Origin: an uncultured archaeon
GTDB taxonomy: Archaea > Asgardarchaeota > Lokiarchaeia > Sigyniarchaeales > Promethearchaeaceae
Length of the DNA: 32,000 bases
Direction: 5' to 3'
Assembly: GCA_964426185.1 (NCBI GenBank)
Contig: CAYRPF010000003.1
Coordinates: forward strand, 50,913-82,912
This document shows, piece by piece, positions 26,699 to 32,000 of this stretch. Numbering within the stretch: the stretch's first letter is position 1; each line of letters opens with the position of its first letter. Position numbers and translations under genes: made by a program. The notes below the pieces were generated by a model. That model saw only the letters and a list, made by a program, of their open reading frames with translations. It was not told where the DNA came from and ran no database searches.

Positions 26699-27466
26699 AT
26701 GAGTAGCGATGATGAAAAGTTAATTACCCAAATTGAAAAGATAATAGATGAAACTATGGAATCTCATGTAGCAATTTTGGGGATCTCCATTGGAACCGAA
26801 ATTGCCACAAAAATATACAGCAAATTCAAACCCGAAATTAAATCCTTTTCAGATATAGAATTAATAGCAAGTTCAACCAGTTTTCATTACATTTCAAATT
26901 CATTGTTCCGCAATATTGCAAAGAATAATCTGAATTCTTCTTATGTTACTGTAGATGATTTTATTCTTTTGATGAACATCACAAAGGAAATCTCTTCTGC
27001 TATGATATTAGATCGCAGTTTAGCTGAATTGGAGGGAATTTCTGCCTATGATCAAGTTTTGAATGAAATTACTTTGAAGATAAATGCACTCGTCGAAACA
27101 GTGGACTATGTTTCTCAAGATCCATTAGTTAAGATAATTCGTGCAGTCCCGAGTGCATTATTTTTGGCAATTATCGGAAAAGAAGGACTACCTATTAAAA
27201 TTATTGATGACGGCACAATTCAAGCTCCCATGGTTAGCTCACAAATTGCTGCTTTAAGTAATCTAACTCAAGTTATGCTCAAAAAACAGATGGATTATAC
27301 CATATTACAAGGTCCTGGAGCTGTAATTTTAGTGATCCAATTTGATGAAGAAAGAATTTTAGCCATTTCTATTCCAGAGCAAGAAAAAGAGAATGTTGGG
27401 CAATATTTGGCTAGAATTAAAGAAATTATTCGTAATTCAGATACTTCTTCTTTTAACATAACATAA
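26699..27466 (+). CDS. Tandem Roadblock/LAMTOR-like domain protein
   Basis: Two ~120-aa alpha-beta2-alpha-beta3-alpha units. The second has AIIGKEGLPI..VSSQIAAL..YTILQGPGAVILV..RILAI. Confidence 0.75.
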   Translation: MSSDDEKLITQIEKIIDETMESHVAILGISIGTEIATKIYSKFKPEIKSFSDIELIASSTSFHYISNSLFRNIAKNNLNSSYVTVDDFILLMNITKEISSAMILDRSLAELEGISAYDQVLNEITLKINALVETVDYVSQDPLVKIIRAVPSALFLAIIGKEGLPIKIIDDGTIQAPMVSSQIAALSNLTQVMLKKQMDYTILQGPGAVILVIQFDEERILAISIPEQEKENVGQYLARIKEIIRNSDTSSFNIT

Positions 27467-27505
27467 AGGATTATTTACCTTTTTTTGATTAATTTGGTCA
27501 TAAAG

Positions 27506-28315
27506 ATGGAAATTCTTTTCTTGGGTACTAGTGGACATGGCATTACTTTAGAGCGTAATCTACCCTCAATTTTGATAGATCGCTGTATATTATTTGATTG
27601 CGGGGAAGGAACTTTAAAATCATTGAAACAAAATCATATTTCTGTAACAGAAATAAAATATATTTTTATAAGTCATCTTCATGCTGATCACTGGATGGGA
27701 TTACTTGCATTATTGTGGGAAAGTGCCCTTTACTCTCGAGAAAATCTCAAAATTCCCCAATGTTCTCCCGAAATATTTGTTCCAGAAGGAATGAAGGATC
27801 ACGTGCTGACATTAATCCGTTTGACCTATTCTCCATTTGCACGGGTTAAATTTCAAGTAAAAGTCACAGAATTACCTCAAAATGCGAATCATCCACTTAT
27901 AATCCAAGGTAGGACTTCTCATTTTCAAATTGAGTGGTTAACGACTGAACATTTACCGTTATGCTATGCTTTTCGCATTAATAATGTTTTAGGAATTTCT
28001 GGCGATACAAGGCCATCAGAGAATTTGATTCCTTTTTTTTCAAAACTTTTAACTTTGATCCATGAAGCTACTTTTTCAGATGACGATTCTGAATTGGCCC
28101 ATAAATTGAAACATTCCACACCCTCTGATTGTGCGAGATTGGGGCACAAAGCAGGGGTTTTATGTATTATTCTTACTCATGTTCCACCGTTAACTGGTGA
28201 AAAAGAAAAAATATTCTTAAAAGATGCAAAAAAAATTTTTTCAAATATTATTGTGGCGCGTGATTCAGAAAAATTTAAAATTTCTTCTGATTTCGTCGAA
28301 AGAACCCCCAATTGA
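27506..28315 (+). CDS. Ribonuclease Z-like metallo-beta-lactamase hydrolase
   Basis: FLGTSG, LFDCGEG, SHLHADH, TEH, SGDT, IHEATF, HST, LTH. Confidence 0.9.
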   Translation: MEILFLGTSGHGITLERNLPSILIDRCILFDCGEGTLKSLKQNHISVTEIKYIFISHLHADHWMGLLALLWESALYSRENLKIPQCSPEIFVPEGMKDHVLTLIRLTYSPFARVKFQVKVTELPQNANHPLIIQGRTSHFQIEWLTTEHLPLCYAFRINNVLGISGDTRPSENLIPFFSKLLTLIHEATFSDDDSELAHKLKHSTPSDCARLGHKAGVLCIILTHVPPLTGEKEKIFLKDAKKIFSNIIVARDSEKFKISSDFVERTPN

Positions 28316-29579
28316 TCAGTAAGCTCATACAACCTAAAGAAATAAATAATATTGGAATTGAGAAATCAGCAATCCATCCGAATAATGGAGCAAAAACTGC
28401 CGTTAAAATGGATTTAGTTTGAGATTCCACACTTAACACCGTTGCCCGCTCTTCCTTTCTTGCAATATTTCCGATATACCCTATAAGGATCGGTCGTCGT
28501 AGATTGTATATCATATATATTATTAAATACACAATCATAACTCCCAAAGCAATTTTAAATTGAATGAAAAGACTTAAAATTAATAAAAGGGCACCAAAAA
28601 TATCGAACAATAAGTTATATGCTGCTGGATCGCTTTTGAAATATTTCCTGAATAAATATGCGTTTTTTGATGAAAATGAGGAAACTATATAGAATAAGGC
28701 ATATAAAATACTCAGTAATATCTTGATGTAAATATCCTTGTTCGAATTATCTAACTGAAAATCTTGAATTATCTCAATTATTAATAAAGTCATAATTGGT
28801 TGGATATAATCTTTAATGCTTTTGAAAATTGCATCGTAAGTGGCGGAGCTGAAAATGGAAATTCGAAGTTTTTTGAGCTTGAATATTTCTTTAATATTTA
28901 ATGCACTTTTTTTGAGCAAAAATCCCCATTTTAAGGAGGAATCGCTTGTCTTTGTATTCATATATGCTGGATAGGTGGAAATAAGGATAAAATCTGCTGT
29001 AAACGGAACAATGGCTAATAAAAAGATCCATTTATCTGCAGGGACTGTAAAGACCAGAATAGCGGCTAAAACTGAATTTAGCGCAGATCCATACAATGAC
29101 CAAGAACGAGATCGACCGTAGACAAATGATTTATATTCCAATAGTTGGTTTTTTTCCATCCAATCCATTTCCATAGCCTTGTGTGTTCCCGATCGAAAAG
29201 ATTCACCCAATCCATAAAAAATCGAACCGAGTATGAGAAAAAAATAACTTGGACCCAAAAAATAAAAGATAAATGCTACAATGTAGAATGAAAAGCAGAG
29301 AAGGAGTTCGTTTTTCCTACCAAAATTATCTGCAAGAATTCCAGAGGGTATTTCAAACAAATAGGTGATAATTTCACGCACTAACATTAAGATTCCAATT
29401 TGAAAAAGTGAATTGCCCCAACTAATAAATATAAGATAAATAAACGGTTCAAAAAATTGTAAATTTTTAAAAAAGCCGTAGAATTGGAATTTCCACATCA
29501 TAGGTGTTTTGCTTATTTTTTTTAAAATTAGTTGCTCTTCTTCATTCTTAATAATGCCAATCTTCCTCATCTTTTTCAC
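28275..29579 (-). CDS. Major facilitator superfamily transporter
   Basis: Motif A-like EIPSGILADNFGRK, about 12 hydrophobic segments, ERATVLSVES. Start uncertain (GTG 29579, ATG 29570 or 29501). Confidence 0.92.
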   Translation of the reverse strand: MKKMRKIGIIKNEEEQLILKKISKTPMMWKFQFYGFFKNLQFFEPFIYLIFISWGNSLFQIGILMLVREIITYLFEIPSGILADNFGRKNELLLCFSFYIVAFIFYFLGPSYFFLILGSIFYGLGESFRSGTHKAMEMDWMEKNQLLEYKSFVYGRSRSWSLYGSALNSVLAAILVFTVPADKWIFLLAIVPFTADFILISTYPAYMNTKTSDSSLKWGFLLKKSALNIKEIFKLKKLRISIFSSATYDAIFKSIKDYIQPIMTLLIIEIIQDFQLDNSNKDIYIKILLSILYALFYIVSSFSSKNAYLFRKYFKSDPAAYNLLFDIFGALLLILSLFIQFKIALGVMIVYLIIYMIYNLRRPILIGYIGNIARKEERATVLSVESQTKSILTAVFAPLFGWIADFSIPILFISLGCMSLLINWGFFRRNQKKF

Positions 29580-30565
29580 TCGTCCCTCAATCCTAAGAAT
29601 TTGATAATCTCTTCATAGATTTCTGAAGTATATTTATCCATTAAAAGATTATGTCCTCCTTTCTGATATAATCGGATTTTTTTCTGAGGATGCGGCCATT
29701 TATGGAAATATTTTTCAATCGCAATATGATCAACGATATTATCTGCAGTCCCTTGAAAAATGAAGCAAGGATAGGAAAGTTTCGAAATTATTCTGGTACT
29801 CGAGTAAATTAAATCAAGAATTTTTTGGAACATCCGTAAAGACATTTTTTTTAATCGAAAAGGATCATCGGTCGCAAATTGTCGATATTCCTCATAATAG
29901 GTAGGATAAAGTTCTTCTTTAAGCACCCGTTGAACTGGATCGTGCTTTACCACCATTCGACCCATTGAAATAAATGGATACAATAATAAGTGCTTAAATT
30001 GTTTCTTTAACTTCAACAATGGAGATATCAACACCAAACCTTCAATATTGCTTTTAGGATTTCGCTCTGCAATATTCATAGCAATTAATCCACCTAGATC
30101 ATAACCTAAGAGAAAAATGGGTATATCGTACAATTTTTTGTAATGATAGAGTAGATGTTCAATATCTTCAAATATCTGGGAAAATCTTTCAATATCTCCC
30201 AGTTGCCCTCCCGCATATCCTGCCGTCCTACCATGCCCTCTATAATCTATCCCCACAACTAATGCACCTTGATTTGTCAAAACATCCGCTAAAGGATAGA
30301 AGAGATCAGAACAACCATAAGCTCCATGAAAAACAAGAACAATTTTTTTTGGGGGTAAAGATAAGGCAATTTGTTCATGGAGCCATTCTTGATAAAAAAA
30401 ACGAAATCCGCCTTCTAGTTCAAAGAATCGTTCAACAATATTTCCGCATAATTTTCCTTTTGCAATAGCTTGACGTAAATTCTTCAAACGCTTGTAGTAG
30501 TTTTTAATTTCCTTTTCATTAAGCCCCTTGCTGCCTAAAATACGGGATGAAATTTCACGGTTCAT
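29576..30565 (-). CDS. Alpha/beta hydrolase, monoglyceride lipase/lysophospholipase-like, with an atypical nucleophile elbow
   Basis: VFHG, DYRGHGRT, GYDLGG, GLVLISP, QGTADNIV, GGHNL. Confidence 0.85.
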   Translation of the reverse strand: MNREISSRILGSKGLNEKEIKNYYKRLKNLRQAIAKGKLCGNIVERFFELEGGFRFFYQEWLHEQIALSLPPKKIVLVFHGAYGCSDLFYPLADVLTNQGALVVGIDYRGHGRTAGYAGGQLGDIERFSQIFEDIEHLLYHYKKLYDIPIFLLGYDLGGLIAMNIAERNPKSNIEGLVLISPLLKLKKQFKHLLLYPFISMGRMVVKHDPVQRVLKEELYPTYYEEYRQFATDDPFRLKKMSLRMFQKILDLIYSSTRIISKLSYPCFIFQGTADNIVDHIAIEKYFHKWPHPQKKIRLYQKGGHNLLMDKYTSEIYEEIIKFLGLRDE

Positions 30566-30623
30566 GAATGATTCGAGTTAATTTAACCATCGTTCATGTT
30601 AAATCTTTCGAAATTTTCAAAAT

Positions 30624-31646
30624 TTATAGACTGAATTCTATATGAACTACTTCTTTTTCTGGTGTTAAAAAACCAATATGAAGAAGATGGCTGTTTTCAT
30701 GAATAAAATTAAGAAATTTAAGTGGGTGTGAGAATTTTTCCGGAGAATTCCAAATTAGTGAGAACCCTTGATCATTGTTATTCATCTGCCAAAGTCTCAA
30801 TTGATATTCCGAACCAATCCGTACATTTCCTACTATAAGAATGCGATCTTTTTGTGAATCTTTAATGGGAATGTTTAAAATATCATAATCTGATTGAAAA
30901 TCTGCGGGAAAATCCTTAATTGTACTCGCTTCACTCCAAGTATGTCCTACATCTGTGGATTTACTTATTAAAATTTCTGAATCTTGATTATTTTGACAAA
31001 TACACCAGATTTCCCCAGATTGTAATTCAATGATCTTTCCATTTTTTGTCCCAGGGAGTTGATAGTGTAAAGATTGATCTGAATATTCTTCTTCTTCATT
31101 AGGTTCTACGAATAAAGAGAAATTCCAATGTTTTCCATTATCGTCTGAAGATAAAGCTAACACACGTTTCATATCTGGATGAAAAATTGGAATGACAAGT
31201 TTACCTGCATGAAAACCCTTTTCAAGAATCGATATTCTTCCCGTAGGTATCCATGATTCATTTTCAGGAGAAATAAGTCGTATTTGCTCCCATGTTTTTC
31301 CATAATTGTGTGATATGGAAGAAAAAAGTGCATTCTTATCAGTTTTGATTTTTCCAGCAAATATTAACAATAAATCGCCGCGATTATCTATGATGTGATA
31401 GTAATTTGTGATAGAAAATGACTTAATTCCTTCTTTTTTCTCTATTGCTTCAAAATAATAATTTTGTTTTTTCCAATCTTGTTCAGCGGTATTTTTGATG
31501 ATAAATTCAATTTTAGAGGCGGTTTTGGGCAGAAAACTTAATAATAATTGGCCGTGAGGAAGAATTTGAAATGATATTTGGGAAAAATCTTCTACCGAAG
31601 AAAATTTTTTTAGAGAAAGTGATTCTCTTGCTAAAATTTCTATCAT
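30624..31646 (-). CDS. BNR/Asp-box repeat (sialidase-like beta-propeller) protein
   Basis: Asp-boxes SHNYGKTW, SDDNGKHW and STDVGHTW. No signal peptide. Confidence 0.8.
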   Translation of the reverse strand: MIEILARESLSLKKFSSVEDFSQISFQILPHGQLLLSFLPKTASKIEFIIKNTAEQDWKKQNYYFEAIEKKEGIKSFSITNYYHIIDNRGDLLLIFAGKIKTDKNALFSSISHNYGKTWEQIRLISPENESWIPTGRISILEKGFHAGKLVIPIFHPDMKRVLALSSDDNGKHWNFSLFVEPNEEEEYSDQSLHYQLPGTKNGKIIELQSGEIWCICQNNQDSEILISKSTDVGHTWSEASTIKDFPADFQSDYDILNIPIKDSQKDRILIVGNVRIGSEYQLRLWQMNNNDQGFSLIWNSPEKFSHPLKFLNFIHENSHLLHIGFLTPEKEVVHIEFSL

Positions 31647-31663
31647 TATTTTATCTGCCTGTA

Positions 31664-31678
31664 TTTACAAATTGTAAA
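31664..31678. promoter_or_regulatory. Perfect 7-1-7 palindrome upstream of the BNR gene (candidate operator)
   Basis: TTTACAA-A-TTGTAAA at -32 to -18 from ATG 31646. Confidence 0.4.
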
Positions 31679-31699
31679 ATTGAAAAGGGAAGAATAATT

Positions 31700-31903
31700 T
31701 CACTTTTTTTTATTATCGGAGAGATCATAACCCAATAATTGGCAGTTGTGGACTTCTTTTTTCAAAAATTCTCTGATTGCCAAGCGAATAGCCTCAGAAC
31801 GAGAGGGGACTAATCCAATTTTTTGAATTTTTTCAATATTTTCCACAAAAATTTCTGGTAAAGCAATGGTGATATTCTTCATTTTTTGATGTTCTGACCC
31901 CAT
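31700..31903 (-). CDS. Ribbon-helix-helix (CopG/Arc/MetJ) regulator
   Basis: Strand KNITIALP followed by helices with SRSEAIRLAIREFL. Confidence 0.9.
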   Translation of the reverse strand: MGSEHQKMKNITIALPEIFVENIEKIQKIGLVPSRSEAIRLAIREFLKKEVHNCQLLGYDLSDNKKK

Positions 31904-32000
31904 ACATAAATCACTACATTAGATTTGGATGAAAATTAAAATCTCTGCGACTTCTTTAAAGAATGTTTGCATATCTCTTTATTTAACAGTAATAATATTA

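Noticed and set aside
28275-28315. 41-bp convergent overlap of the RNase Z-like and MFS genes
   Set aside because: Short 3' overlaps are common in compact archaeal genomes, and both proteins look complete.
7133-31360. Other short ORFs nested in or antisense to long genes (e.g. 7133, 7633, 7656, 8054, 11515, 12096, 16734, 17214, 19503, 19722, 21470, 22351, 25298, 27964, 30262, 31169)
   Set aside because: They overlap well-supported CDSs largely or entirely and have low-complexity, F/L/I/K-biased translations.

Overview
AT-rich (roughly 30% GC by eye), gene-dense archaeal chromosomal window. Gene content points to an Asgard archaeon, probably Lokiarchaeia/Promethearchaeota (inference): a tandem roadblock protein, a Zn-ribbon/DENN-like protein, a coiled-coil/TrmB-PLD-like protein, and archaeal TATA boxes about 25-33 nt upstream of several start codons. 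Recognisable genes are dnaK-dnaJ (no adjacent grpE), phnN, a bacterial-type shikimate kinase, a flavodoxin, a HAD hydrolase, smc-scpB (no scpA), pyrG, an RNase Z-like MBL hydrolase, an MFS transporter, an alpha/beta hydrolase, a BNR-repeat protein and an RHH regulator. The best candidate for an undescribed system is at 16.3-23.8 kb. A MoxR-like AAA+ ATPase with a Cys cluster and an HEXXH-vWA partner is divergent, across a 10-bp-periodic repeat tract, from a YbjN/CesT-like chaperone, a membrane FKBP with two Dx[DN]xDG loops and a ChlI/D-like AAA-vWA fusion. Other oddities: a ~10-TM protein with tandem winged-helix-like repeats, a 73-bp duplication that may supply a promoter, a D-to-E pseudo-receiver, an S-to-D lipase-like hydrolase and a 19-aa insertion in CTP synthase. 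I saw no rRNA, tRNA, CRISPR array or mobile element. All family calls come from motif recognition by eye; no database search was run.
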